From positions 38,628,001-38,692,000 of the forward strand of contig CM059432.1 in assembly GCA_030390025.1 (NCBI GenBank): a stretch of 64,000 nt of DNA, read 5' to 3'. The DNA is from Squalus acanthias (taxonomy: Eukaryota). Below, one piece after another: positions 25,196 through 38,830 of this stretch. The notes beneath the pieces are model-generated. The model had not been told where the DNA came from. It was given only the letters and a program-made list of their open reading frames with translations, and made no database searches. The translations under genes were made by a program, and so were the position numbers. The stretch's first letter is position 1. Every line of letters begins with the position of its first letter.

Positions 25196-25893
25196 AGCCT
25201 CCGACCACATATCTGCAGCATAACTAAGAACGCCTATTTCCACCTCCATAACATCGCCCGTCTCCGCCCTCGCCTCAGCTCATCTGCTGCTGAAACCCTC
25301 ATCTATGCCTTTGTTACCTCCAGACTTGACTATTCTAACGCACTCTTGGCTGGCCTCCCACATTCTACCCTATGTAAACTTGAAGTCATCCAAAACTCGG
25401 CTGCCCGTGTCCTAACTTGCACCACGCCCCGTTCACCCATCACCCCTGTGCTCTCTGACCTACATTGGCTCCCGGTTAAGCCACGCCTCGATTTAAAAAT
25501 TCTCATCCTTATTTTCAAATCCCTCCATGGCCTCGCCCCTCCCGATCTCTGTAATCTCCTCCAACCCCACAACCCCCCCTAGATATCTGTGCTCCTCTAA
25601 TTCTGCCCTCTTGAGCATCCCGGATTATAATCGCTCAACCATTGGTGGCCGTGCCTTCTGTTGCCTAGGCTCTAAGCTCTGGAATTCCCTGCCTAAACCT
25701 CTCCGCCTCGCTACCTCTCTTTCCTCCTTTAAGTCGCTCATTAAAACCTACCTCTTTGACCAAGCTTTTGGTCACCTGCCCTAATTTCTCCTTATGTGGC
25801 TCGGTATCAAATTTTTTGTCTTTTAATACTCCTGTGAAGTGCCTTGGGATGTTTTACTACTTTGAAGGCACTATATAAATACAACTTGTTGTA
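25196..25893 (+). mobile_element. L2 LINE 3' end
   Basis: AFVTSRLDYSNALL, HWLPV and WNSLP motifs, then the L2 tail ending ttgttgt. Confidence 0.9.
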
Positions 25894-27694
25894 ATGAGGA
25901 CTGAGCATGAATTTTGCGTGCTACCTAGACCATTTTGACCTGGCGCAGCTTATCATTGGGCAAAACAGTACCCGTTTCATGGCCATATCCAATTGCTAGG
26001 CCTTGGAGGTTTTCCATCTTGATATACAGGAAAGAAAACAGGTGGTTTTCCAAATCACCACCATTTTCCAATTTGCAAAGCATAATCTCTGTTGCCTGCT
26101 CTCTGAGTTGAAGTGTCTTAATGATCTGCTTGCACATCTTTTTATGTTGTAATTGCTTCAGTTCAGAGATTGAGGAAGATGGTAAACGTGCTCTCAACAT
26201 CCACCAGCCCACCACCCAGTACTTCATTGTCAGCACCTCAGAGAACTGTAGCATCTGCTTCATCATTTTTCTCTTTTCTTTTGCAGTATACTTCGGACGT
26301 GGGACAGGAGCAGCAATCATATTGACATCTGTTATGCTTACGCTTCCTGAACAGACAACACCATCAGGTCGAGCGATATCAAAACAGAATGGACTCATCC
26401 AGCAGCATTCTCAGGCATGCTAACTCTAACCAGTGTCTCAAAATCTTAATATCAACCAATAACTCAGCACAAATACTCCCAGAAAAAGAGTACCTAAGAC
26501 CAGTTAGTCGGTCATCATCGCTTTAGATCACCTGGAAGGCTTGTTGGTCAATAAGCGATGAGCTTGCCTGGAATCACCGTTGTCAGCTAGGCATATAAGG
26601 CTCCAATGGTCATTTGGGAGGTTTATGTGATGGTGGACAGCATTCTACAAGCCAGCTAATTGCAGAAACATTAGTAGCAAGAGTTGAGATCCAAGAGGTT
26701 GCCACTGACAAAAAATGTCAAGCTGTGATTCTACAAAACAACAAATTCAACTTTAATCTTGTACAACAATGAAGTACTGTTTATTAGTCACGACAGAAAG
26801 AAATTCACTAAGGACTGATCTGGGGCCATAACCTTTGCCCAGTACAGGAAGTAAGAGAATCAGGAGACTGTGCAAAGCTATTAAATTGTTCCTGAGACTT
26901 TTCCCTGTTGGTCTCATCCAAATGAATGAACATGATAAATGAATGAGCATAATCAATGAATGAGGAGGAATGCTGCATTCTGATATTTGTGCAGTAGAAG
27001 TCAAATTCTGTAAAATGTCATGTACCTTGGGGGGAAAATAAAATCACTCGCTTTTAGTAGAATCCTGGGATAAAGCACTTAGAAGAGGTCCTCTCATCGT
27101 AAAAAAATTGTGTACAATCCCTGTTCTACAGAATACCAAAATAGTACTTGCTTTTAAAAGGTATTGTGACAAATCTTACCTACCCTAGTAATAAGTGACT
27201 GAATCCTGCTCAGCACAATTCAAAAATGAGAGAGTACTAACAGATTTTGCACTGCAATTATATGGTGTGGGTTCTTGAAACCACAGCTGTTCCTGCAATA
27301 CCAACTTTCATCGTGCAAAGGATACAAGGTGGATAACAAGACAGGATCCTACCTGAGAGTCTCTAATGATAAACTTTGGCTTTGTTTTTTGTAGTTTAAG
27401 CTGAGGATGGGAGTACTCTAATTCACTGGTCACCATCTAGTGCTAATTTGTATGCAGGTTAGAGAATTTTTGATAAAATGAAAAATAAGCACCAGGTTCC
27501 ATATTTTATGTCTTTCTCAGGAAAAAAAATATTTGCCAACTGCAGTATTGGAGGGATTTGGGAAGCACAGATTTTAGAAACTACATTAAAACACGGTTGG
27601 CTTTGGTCCACACAATTTAAAAGAAAAGAAAACAATAAAACGAGGAAATTTTAGTAACAGATAGTTTGCTAAGAAAGTTAATCTCTGCCTAAAA

Positions 27695-27885
27695 TCATAG
27701 AATTTTAAAGCACGGGCTGCCATTCAGCCAATCTCACCTGCACAAACTCTCCAAAAGAACTATCCACTTAGTCCCATTTATTGCCCTTTCCCTCATACAC
27801 TTTAATTTTTCCTTTGCAAATATTTATCCATGTACCTTCAAAAGTTGTTATTGTCCCTGCTTCTACTGTTTCTGGTACGTTATTC
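27695..27885 (-). mobile_element. Old CR1 3' tail fragment
   Basis: tcatagaat..gccattcagcc 3' UTR motif. Confidence 0.55.
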
Positions 27886-28024
27886 CAGTCTCATTCATAT
27901 TTCTCAATATCTTAACATTCTGATTAAGTCAAGACTTACAACTCAGAACACAATTGTTTTTGAAAAAGCAGCCTTTACTTATAACAGAGTTGCTCTCTTC
28001 CTTATAAACCATTAGCTACACATT

Positions 28025-28245
28025 CAATGGTGAGAATGTGGAACTCGCTAATGCAGGGAGTCGAGGCGAATAGTATAGATGCATTTAAGGAGAAGCTAGA
28101 TAAGCATATAAGAGAGAAGAGAATTGAAGGTTATGCTGACAGAGTTAGATGAAGAAGGATGGGAAAAGGCTCAAGTGGAGCATAAACGCCGGCATGGACT
28201 AGTTGGCCCGAATTACCTGTTACTGTGCTGTATATTCTATGTAAC
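28025..28245 (+). mobile_element. CR1 3' fragment
   Basis: WNSL-like tggaactcgct, FKxxLD, and the 3' hairpin with ttctatg tail. Confidence 0.7.
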
Positions 28246-28977
28246 TACGTATAGAAGGACACTCTTTGCATCAACTGCTAATGTTGCAATAGCATACTAT
28301 TTAAAGTTTCAAACCGCAAGTAAGTTCACATCAGTCTAAAACTAGGAATTTTATGCATGCCTGTAATTATTGCTAAGTGTTCAAGAACAATCAACTAGAA
28401 ACACAAAAGTTTTTTTTAAAAAAGCTTAGTGATCATTCTTTCTATGCATTTCTCGTTCTTACTCCCCCCACCCATTTAATGTTATCTGGAAAGTCACTCC
28501 AGGCAAGCAACTTACTGCTGGGTCACTCCCAATGTCAACCAGCTGTTAGGAAGAAGAAGAAGACTGTATTTTCTGCTCACTACGAGAAGTGCCTCATCTT
28601 CTGACATCACATCTTGAGAAATGAGAACTCATCATGTGGGGACCGGGTTCTTCTCACCAGTCTGTGAGATTACTTATTGGCGTACCAATTTACTGTACCA
28701 TCTATTGCTTGGGTATCTCTTATTCCCAGTGCAAACATAGAGCTTTTCATTTCGCCAGTGATCACTTTGTCCTGTGATGATGCTTCGAGCATTCCCCAGA
28801 ATACTTATTCAGGCAATTAATGTGTTGTGGAAAGACTTAACCCTATTATAAATATTATCTGTTCGGAATGATTTACTCAGAACCTTTAGGAATCGTAATT
28901 GAGAAAAATGAACAGGCAACTGAAAAATGTTCTCACCACAAAATAATAAGTAGTATAGGAGGATGAACAGTAATTAA

Positions 28978-30972
28978 TAAGAACATAAGAATTAGGAGCA
29001 GGAGTAGGCTATACAGCCCCTCGGCCATTCAATATGGCTGATCTTCGACCTCAACTCCATCTTCCTGCCCTATCCCCATATCCCTCAATTCCTCTAGAGT
29101 CCAAAAATCTATCTATCTCAGCCCTGAAAATACTCAACGACTGAGCATCCACAACACTTGAGCAGAGAATTCCAAAGAGTCACAACCCTCTGAGTGAAGA
29201 AATTCTTCCTCATCTTAGTCTTAAAAGGCTGGCCCCTTATCCTGAGACTATGCCCCCTAGTTCTAGACTCTCCAGCCAGGGGAAACAATCTCTCAGCAAT
29301 TATCCTGTCAATCCCCCTCGGAATCTTATATGTTTCAATGAGATCACTGTTCATTCTTCTAAACTCCAGAGTATAGGCCCAATCTACTCAGTCTCTCCTC
29401 ATAGGACAACACTCTCACCCCAGGAATCAATCTAGTGAACCTTCGTTGCACCGCCTTTAAGGCAAGTATATCCTTCCTTAAGGGAGACCAAAACTGTACA
29501 GAGTACTCCAGGTATGGTCTCACCAAAGCCATGTACAATTTAGCAAGACTTTTTTTACTCTTGTACTCCAACCCTCTAGCAATAAAGGCCAACATGCCAT
29601 TTGCCATCCTAATTGCTTGTACTAGGAAACCTAAACCTCTCTGAACACCAACATTTAATAGTTTCTCACCATTTAAAAAATATTCTGTTTTTCTATTCTT
29701 CCTACCAAAGTGAATAACCTCACATTTCCCCACATTATACTCCATCTGCCACCTTATTGCCCACTCACTTAACCTGTCCATATCCCTTTGCATCCTCCTT
29801 ACATCTTACTTTTCCACTTAGCTTTGTATCGTCAGAATATATTGCACTTGGTCCCTTCATCGAAGTCATTAATATAGATTGTAAATAGCTGAGGCCCAAG
29901 CACTGATCCTTGCGGCACCCTACTAGTTACAGCCTGCCAATCTGAAAATGACCCGTTTATCCCTACTCTGTTTTCTATCTGTTAACCAATCCTCTATCCA
30001 TGCTAATACATTACCCCCAGCCCCACGAGCCCTCATCTTGCTTAACAACCTTTTATGTGGCACCTTATCAAATGCCTTTTGGAAATCCAAATATACTACA
30101 TCCACTGGTTCCCCTTTATCTACCCTGCTAGTTACATCCTCAAAAGACTAATACATTTGCCAAACACGATTTCCCTTTCATAAAACCATGTTGACTCTGC
30201 CTAATCATATGATGATTTTCTAAGTACCCTGTTACCACTTCCTTAATAATGGATTCCCGCATTTTATCGACAACTGATGTCAGGCTAACTGGCCTGCAGT
30301 TCCCCTTTTTCTCACTCCTTTCTTGAACAGCGGGGTTACATTTGCTACCTTCCAATCCGCTGGGACCTTTCCTGAATCGAAGGAACTTTGGAAGATCACA
30401 ACCAATGCATCCACTATCTCCTCAGCCACCTCTTTTAGAATCTTAGGATGTAGGCCATCAGGTCCAGGGGATTTGTCGGCTTTTAGCCCCATTAGTTTTT
30501 CAGAGTACTTTTTCTCTACTGATGTGAATACTGATATGTATTACTTTAAGTTCCTCGCTCTCATTAGCCCCTTGGTACCCCACTATTTTTGGCATACTTT
30601 GTGTGTCTTCTACTGTGAAGACAGATAAAAAATATTTGTTTGAAGTCTCTGCCATTTCCTTGTTCCCCAATGCAATCTCTCAGCCTCTAATGGACCAATG
30701 CTTACTTTTGTTACTCTTCCTTTTTACATACTTGTAGAAGCTCTAACAATCTGTTTTTATATTTCTTGCTAGTTTACTCTCATTCTATTTTGTCCCTTAT
30801 CAATTTTTTGGTCATCCTTTGCTGGTTTCTAAAGCTCTCCCAATCCTCAGGCTTGCTACTATTTTTTGCAACATTATAAGCCTCTTCTTTTAATCTAATA
30901 CTATCCTTAACTTCTTTAGCTAGCCACGGATGGATCACTTTTCCCATACAGTTTTTATTTCTCAATGGAATG
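28978..30972 (-). mobile_element. 5'-truncated decayed CR1
   Basis: Fragmented RT ORFs ([22 protein letters not shown]) and a taagaacataagaa tail. Confidence 0.9.
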
Positions 30973-31429
30973 TAATAAAAGAACGCGATTTAGATATTTT
31001 TTGTAAAAATGCAATGGTCACATTTTTTTCTTGGGATAATTCTAGGTAACCAATGTACTTGCTACAAGATATCTGTTCAAAACACCAATATTTTGGTTAG
31101 TGTTTCTAGAAGGGAAAAGGTGAAAGAGAAAAGGTGAATAAAAGAGACTATACCTATCAATAAAGCTGTGGACACTCATCCAAAAATCCACATACATAGT
31201 CTTACAAACATCTTGCTATACCTGAAACAGTTACAAAGAAAAGAACATACTTTGGAAATATAACTCTGCAGTCATTTCAGATAGGTTAATTTTTCCCCCT
31301 CTGTTGAACTTCATTAGATACATACAAAAAAAATGTAATAATGTATACAATAGATCTACAGAGAATGAGAGGATGTTTGACAGGTCTATGCAAGTAAATT
31401 ACAATTTTTTTTGATTGAAGGTAAGAATG

Positions 31430-32632
31430 CAGTAATACACCTCATTAACAGTTTTATTTGGTCCCTGACAAGACTGTAAAGGAGTACTCGGAGGCTTATA
31501 AATTGTGCATTCATACCTATCTAAGTTTGTTAACACATAGTTTCCTAAAAGACACATGAATGAAGGCAATGGTAATTCATTAGTGGGCCACATAATTTAT
31601 TCAGTAGTTTATGTTCCCCATCTTCCAAATTAAAACGTGTCTGTTAAACTGTAAAAACCATAGCACTTAAATTAACTGAGCTTACAAAAGACCATACATT
31701 TGCTGATATCAACCTCGAAAAATCTGCAAGACAGCAGTAAAGGAACCAGAGAATTGTAGGCACTTAATAGGCTTATGAAAACCTGTACCTGTTGATTTTA
31801 AGAGGTCTGGTCCAAAATCTTCATTTCCTACCAAATTAAAAAAGAAATTAATACAAAAAAAATAAAATTAACATACATCTGTGGCTGTATAAATCTACTG
31901 CAGCTTAAGTCACTAGTCTTTGGGTCTGCTCAGGTTTATCATTATTTTATATCAGATCTTATGTACAGGAGATCTGCGAATACACATGGGCACAACTTTA
32001 CAGAATGTAGCCAAAAATAAATTTGCACTCCATTTTCAGGTATTCAATTACTAGATGCTTAAAGAAATCAAGCAGTGTAAATTAAACATCGTGACACTAC
32101 CATTCTATACAAAGTAGAGATCCATGTTTACATAGCTCCCATAGCAGAAATTACATTTACACATAGTATCTGAATTATTTGAAGACAAATTGCACCATGA
32201 AAACTATAGAAAGGCATTTTAACATATCTGAAAAAGATAAATTAATGAAAATTTTACTTGTAAGATCAATTTTATATGCATTATGACTAAATTATAGAAC
32301 TCTGATAGAAAATTTAAGAAAACAGAACAAGTATCTCTCATACTTTCATTCTGTCTGCAGGTGTAGTTAACATTTTTTCTTCCTCGAATTCGGTAAACAA
32401 TGGATACTAAGCCACTGTTCACTGTCACAATCTTAAGCATCAAGACTAGATCAAATGGCATGTTTCTGTTTTAAAAAAAAAAAGAATACAGGAAAATGTT
32501 TTAAATACAACAGGGTTCATTATAAGAGAGCCTGGATGGCTTTTTCATTAAGAAAAGGTCTTCATTATCTCTATGCAAAAAGCTTTAATTAATATAGTTC
32601 AGTGATCTCGCAAATAGAGATACTTTGAAGGT
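31430..32632 (-). other. SDC2: Probable SDC2 3' UTR with candidate polyadenylation signals
   Basis: AT-rich stretch with no recognisable TE after the stop. Minus-strand AATAAA at 31596-31601 and 31453-31458; the true end is uncertain. Confidence 0.5.
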
Positions 32633-32796
32633 TTATGCATAAAATTCCTTGGTTGGTGCCTTTTGATAGGCTGCAGTGGATGGTTTTCGTTCACCAAGGT
32701 CGTAGCTGCCTTCATCCTTCTTCCTCATGCGGTACACCAACAGTAAGATAAGGAAAATGGCGAACAAAAAGCCAATGACACCTCCAGCAATAACAG
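32633..32796 (-). CDS. SDC2: Syndecan-2 last coding exon (TM helix, C1-V-C2 cytoplasmic tail, EFYA PDZ-binding motif)
   Basis: Acceptor tgtcttgtag. Encodes [54 protein letters not shown] then TAA; the V region is SDC2-type. Confidence 0.97.
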
Positions 32797-33575
32797 CTAC
32801 AAGACAGATATTAGAATAGTGAGATAAATGCCTACAGAAATATTCAGACACAATTAAATATTACCATATTATCATTTATTAACATTGAATACAGTTGGAA
32901 ATCTACAAAACTTTGTTGCGGAGAACATACAATTGAAAACAACTACCTTACAGAGGGTTAACATTTTGTTGGCACAATTTCAGTACTTGAGTTGCAAGTA
33001 ACTATTAAATTATGAGCAAACGTATTCAAATTTGTAATGGAAATTGGACAGGATTTCTGCTGGAGGTATCCAGTTTACTTCCAGGTGAATGTTGCTGTAA
33101 ATTCTTGGGGAGCTACTATCATTGGCTCCTCACCATCAGCTATGCTCCCAGGATTTTTCACTGGAAGTGATGGGGACCATACAATATGACTGCACAGACA
33201 TCCAACATATTTACTATCATGTGTGTCCTATCAGTACCCATGCTTGTTACAGCAGTGTGGGGGAAATTGTGGCAGATGCCCAGCCATTCTCCTCCATCTG
33301 CCTAAATTGTGCAAAATATTCTGATCCCAGAAAATCAGCCAGGGTCAGGAGTGGGCAGAGCTCCTGACCATTGTGTTTACAGTTCTGGGTCAAAAGTGGG
33401 TTAAAGGTACAGAGACTATTTTCAATTAGAATCCTGACCAGAGAGACAACTGTTCTAATGAACTGCCCCATCTGAAACCATAAACTACTTTGGAACTCAA
33501 AGTGGAAAAGGCACCATGCCTTGAAGGCCTGTATCCCAGAATGCTGAGGGGAAACAGCAGAGGCTCTGACCACAT

Positions 33576-34327
33576 TGGCCCGGAATTTGCGGTGGGTAAT
33601 GATGGCGAACGGTCAGCGTTCGCCGTCATTATCTCGCTGAAACTGACTGCAACTTCAGGATTTAGTACATGTGCATCTAAACGTGGAAATCCTGAAGTTG
33701 CGGTCAGTCATTCACTGCTCCGACACAGGCTGCACTGTGGACCACCCACCCCCCACCCCCGCCATAGCTGGCAATCAGTGAAACTGACAAAAGCTTGGTC
33801 TTTTCCACGATAATATCACTGTTAAATACCCCATTAAATTTTAAGCCATGTTGGAATAGGTGTAACTGCCATTTTAACAGTCTGGTAAACAAACGTTCTG
33901 GCTCTGAAAAACTAAATTTTATATTTGTAGGTGTGAAATTTCTCCATTATGATAAAAATGACAATTTTTTCAAATCTTAAAAAAATTTAAAGTTTGTTCA
34001 TGATATTTCAGCTTCTACCTTATCCCCATGTGAGAGTACCAATTTTTATTTTGCTCTTAACATTTTTTTTTAAAGTCCGGATAAAAGCAGCTTCTCATTT
34101 CCTGGTTTCTTGTCTGAGAATTCTGCAATGTGATTGGCTGCTTAGACAGCTTGTTGACGTCACAGCAGCATCGCACTGGGAATTTCCATCACACAGCGCT
34201 GAAACCAATTGAACGTCAAAAAAGGCAACCTTCTCGCCACAGAGATCGCGAGATCTCGGTGGGCAGCTTTCTTCAGGGGCCAGCGGTAAGCGCCTTTGCT
34301 TCGCCGCTGACCGCAAATTACGTGCCA
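33576..34327. mobile_element. Harbinger-like MITE in SDC2 intron 4
   Basis: Imperfect TIRs TGGCCCGGAATTTGCGG / CCGCAAATTACGTGCCA. Confidence 0.7.
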
Positions 34328-34339
34328 ATGTTTCAAACA

Positions 34340-34505
34340 TTCTTGGATATGAAAGTTGGGCCAGAGGACTGGCAAGTGGCCAATGTAACATCTCTGTTCA
34401 AAAAGGATAAACTAGGTAACCATAGACTAGTAAGATTAACATTGATTATGGGTAAGCTTCTAGACGCTATAATACGGATAAAATTAATACTCACTTAGAT
34501 AAACA
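34340..34505 (+). mobile_element. CR1 internal RT fragment
   Basis: PEDWQVANVTSLFKK..GNHRLVRLT. Confidence 0.7.
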
Positions 34506-34727
34506 TTTACAACAGTGTAAACTATAAAAGAAAGCATACACACACATCACTGCTCTATCAAATTGATTGGTTTACAAACTATAAAAATGGTTTCTAAAAT
34601 ACTATTGATTTTTTTACTCAAATGTATAACCCATAAGTATCCTTCAACACGATGCAGTAAGTAAATTCATGGTGTTCTATGATTCAGTTATGGAAGCATG
34701 AGCAAAACACAAAAAGTTGCCATTTAC

Positions 34728-34875
34728 CTGCAAGCACTTCTGTTCTCTGGAAAAGGCTTTCCGAATGTTTTTGTGCAGACACATCATCATTATCATCAGT
34801 ATTGATTGTTGGCTTTTCAATAACAAAGTCATCTATTTTCTTTGGTTCCTCTTTAACGGGGGTGTCTACAGTTGT
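34728..34875 (-). CDS. SDC2: Syndecan-2 coding exon 4
   Basis: Acceptor ctttttccatgcag and donor G|gtaaat. The 148 nt encode TTVDTPVKEEP...KHSESLFQRTEVLA, the conserved SDC2 juxtamembrane motif. Confidence 0.93.
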
Positions 34876-35067
34876 CTGCATGGAAAAAGGCATCGAAAGA
34901 AACCATGTAAATTCCAAAACAGAGTTTAAAACACAAACATCAATTTTGGATGGACTACAAAATTTGCTTGTTCAAAAACTTCTTTGCAACAGGTAATCCG
35001 CACAGTGAGGCACTACAATATGGTATGGAAAAAGGCTGGGGGGTGAGCGCGAGAAAATGCGATGAGT

Positions 35068-35369
35068 TAGAATCACAGAATCCCCACAGTGCAGATAGAG
35101 GCCATTTCGGCCCATCGAGCCTGCACCGACACATATCCCACCCTATCCCCGTAACCAATCCCCTAACACTAAGGGTCAATTTATCATAGCCAAATCAACC
35201 TAACCCGCACATCTTTGGACTGTGGGAGGAAACCGGAGCACCCGGAGGAAACCCACGCAGACACGGGGAGAATGTGCAAACTCCACAGACAGTCACCCGA
35301 GGCCGGATTCGAACCCAGGCCCTGGCGCTGTGAGGCAACAGTGCTAACCACTATGCCACCATGTTGCCC
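35068..35369 (-). mobile_element. HE1-type V-SINE
   Basis: tRNA-like head (tggcatagtggttagc...ggttcgaatcc), V-domain gtctgcgtgggtttcctccgggtgctccggtttcctcccacagtccaaag, and a CR1-derived tail. Confidence 0.9.
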
Positions 35370-35535
35370 ATGGAGCTCATTACAAATACATTTTACAGCA
35401 GTACATGACCACAGTATAGTGACAATAAAATAAAGAAAATTGACAGCTTCTGACAAAAAAGGTACTGTGAAGCATCTTTATAAAATACATTACAAATCTG
35501 AAAACATGTCTTTAAAGTAAGTTGTATTTACTTGC

Positions 35536-35687
35536 CTCTGTTCGGACAGGCTTCCTGGTCATTTTTTTCTGTGTAGTTGGTTCTACTCCCATAGTTACTG
35601 ATCTTGTTGCATCACCAGTTGGTTTGATGACTGGGTGCATTTGTGCAGGATTAAAGGTGACCATTTGTACCTCAGTTTCAAAATTCC
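35536..35687 (-). CDS. SDC2: Syndecan-2 coding exon 3 (Thr/Pro-rich ectodomain spacer)
   Basis: Acceptor ttctcttccacag. The 152-nt open frame reads (G)NFETEVQMVTFNPAQMHPVIKPTGDATRSVTMGVEPTTQKKMTRKPVRTE. The frame-preserving donor is GAG|gcaagt, phase 1 to 0. Confidence 0.8.
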
Positions 35688-36844
35688 CTGTGGAAGAGAA
35701 AATTCATGTCAATACACATCCAAAAAAAATCTGTTCATATTGCATCATAAGTAAAGAGTTACATATGAAAATTAATTACTGTTGTACCACCCAATGTCTA
35801 ATCAATCATAGCAACAATGCAAGGGTCTTTTGTTTATCAGTTCATACTTTTAAGTAGTTAACTGAACATCAGAACATTCAATGATCACATTGCAAGTGTC
35901 TTTTCTTTGGCATGGACATCTTTAGACCACACACACACACGAAAAATATTGTTCTGATGTTAGTGGTGCTAAGTATGCATTAATGTGTAGTCATTTTGTT
36001 TGTTCGCTCTAACAAAGTGAGTGTTCACTTCTTTCTTCCCAGCAACACAGTGCCAATTGGGCTGCTGGTTTGTGATATTTAATAGCATTATACAGCTTAG
36101 ATCATTGCCTTCCTCTAATTACAGGATCAGATCTCTGGCTTATATTGTAATCACTCCTGAAATGTGCCTGCTGGTCATCTGCCTTCATTTTTTGTGGTTC
36201 GATGTAAAATTTCTGTCTTATAACACTCATGTGAAGCACCTTGGCACGTTTTACTACGTTAAAGGTGCCATTATAAATACAAGTTGTTGGTGTTGTATAA
36301 TAGTCCATGTGAATCAGCAGGTGCTGTGTGTTTACCCACAGAACCAGCATGAACTTGTATTTCAAGAAGCAATTCAACTGACTTGTGGCAAATGACTATT
36401 TTTTGATTTTTAATGGAAAAGATATATATGATGGCTGAATAGGGCTAATGTTAGTTAATAGTGGCAGAAGGAATGAAGTGTTATTTACAGTGACCCGAAA
36501 ACAGACCAAAAAACAACAGTGGGAAAGCTGAAACAAATGCATAGAGCGGCAAGGAGAGTGCAGATAACCCTAGGCTGCCCTGATGGGAATGTGACCGACA
36601 AGCTACCACCATCCCATGTGAGTGTCTAGGTTCAAACAGAGTAAATGCCTTTCAATTAATTGTATTATTTCATGATTCCATTTATTTCATAAATTGAAAC
36701 AATTATTTTAACAAAAGATTTAAGAATAGTGACTTTTTTTTAAATGTCCATCCATTTACACAGCTGACACTGCCGACTTTGTTTAGTTACATACGTGGGG
36801 TAAACCTTTGTGAAATAGACTACGGGATTTTTTTTAATAAATGG

Positions 36845-37212
36845 AAAGCATTCATGGGATGTGGGCGTCGCTGGCAAGGCCAGCATTTATTGCCCATCCC
36901 TAATTGACCTCGAGAAGGTGGTGGTGAGCCGCCTTCTTGGCAACTGAGCCATTTCAGAGGGCAGTTAAGAGTCAACCACATTGCTGTGGGTCTGGAGTCA
37001 CATGTAGGCCAGACCAGGTAAGGAGATTAGTGAACCAGATGGGTTTTTAAACGGCAGTCCGGTAGTTTCATGGTTATTATTACTGTTACTAGCTTTTCAT
37101 TCCAGATTTATTTAATTAACAATTAAAATTTCCCAGCTGCTGTGGTGGTATTAGAAATCATTAGTCCAGGCTTCTGGATTACTAGTCCAGTAACATAACC
37201 ACTATGCTACCG
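36845..37212 (-). mobile_element. tRNA-derived SINE-like repeat
   Basis: Minus-strand head gtagcatagtggttatgttactggactagtaatccag, followed by a body of a type recurrent in shark DNA. Confidence 0.6.
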
Positions 37213-38296
37213 TTTTCCTACTCTCACACAGGTGATAAACTTGGGAGACCTGTCAGCCAGTCCATGATCAGAAATGATTGCAGTATTTGTTAATCGAGAC
37301 TGAATAGCTGACCTTTGTAGAATCAGAACAAGCACCTTCACTTCACAGCTGTCCATTCCTACATTGGCTGACGGCTCATACATCCTACACCACAATGTAT
37401 GACTGACCCACACTGTTTATTTCCCCCCTCTAGTTCTCAAACACATCTTGACCTAAATTTTCACCTCAAGCCACTAAAGCGCAAGCTAAAAATAAAATTG
37501 GTATCTGGTGATTTGACACACCAAGCTGTGAATCTACAAAACACGTCATTAAAATCAGGCCCCCAAAATATTTCAGTTAGCTTTTCTAAACTCCTTGGAG
37601 GTGACTTTCTGTGGGGGGGTTCTCTTGCTCATAATTTTGGTGAAGAGCCACGAAAACCTTGGAAAAAACAGCATAAGCACCATTTGCGTTAGTTTTCACA
37701 GGGTTTATGCGGCTCTTATGTCAAAATTATAGCAGATGAGCGGGAGAACCCTCGCAGCAATCCACCCTCAAAGACCCGAGATTGTATACAATTAAATACG
37801 TAAATCAGTCCTTTTCTATTTAAAGGGTTAAATGGTTGACCATGTATTAAAGTAACAGCGCGCACATACACCATCAATCCAAATATGAAGAGAGTTAGGA
37901 ACATTGCCATCCCAAGACCAACAAGAATCAAGTTAGAAGTACACAGTAACAATGCAAAAAAATCCACACAAAAATTCTCCCACTAGTGTGTTGCTAGACA
38001 GAGCTAGCTGGGAAAAAAAAATCAGTTATATGGAAAATAGATATAAATAATTCATTTTGTAAAATCCAGCATGAGTACAAAAAATGCTTGCATTCTTGGG
38101 GTATAAATTGAACTTGTGCTTTTAGTCCTTGCGTGCCAGCTCGAAGCGTGCATTCTGTGGGAAATTTTGGCATGCCATGCAGATTTAAAGGTTAGATCTC
38201 ATACATCCTCAATGTTGTCATCCTGCTCATTTCTGTAATGAAGCCTGTCTGAAGAGAAAACCCACAAGCTTTTAATTCAGAAGACATAATTCAGTT

Positions 38297-38830
38297 CATC
38301 ATAGAATCTTACAGCACAGAAGGAGGCCATTCAGCCCATTGTGCCTGTGCCATCTCTTTGAAAGAGCTATCCAAATAGTCCCACTCCCTGCTATTTCCCC
38401 ATAGCCCTCGAAATTTCTCCTTTTCAAGTATATATCCAATTCACTTTTGGAAGTTACTATTGAATCTGCTTCCACCACCTTTTCCGGTAGTGCATTCCAG
38501 ATCATAACTCTATATGTTGAAAAATATTCTCCTCATTCCTCCTGGATTTTTTGACAATTATCTTAAATCTGTGTCCTCTGATTACCGACCCTCCTGCCAG
38601 TGGAAATGGTTTCTCCACATCTACTCCATCAAATCCCTCACCATTTAACACCTTCCTTGCTTTTGTACTCTATGCTTCTATTTATAAAGTCCAGGATCCC
38701 ATATGCTTTTTTAACCACCTTGTCAACTTTTCCTGCCACCTTTAAAGATTTGTGTATGTGAACCCCCAGGTCTGTGTGTTCCTGCATCCCCTTTAAATTG
38801 GACCATTTTATTTATATTGCCTCACCTCAT
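38297..38830 (-). mobile_element. CR1 3' fragment with internal deletion
   Basis: catagaatc tail, IWNALPEKVVEA, and YGILDFI-like upstream sequence. Confidence 0.75.

Noticed and set aside
35300..35369. tRNA gene
   Set aside because: It is the tRNA-derived head of a V-SINE; the same applies to 53797-53865.
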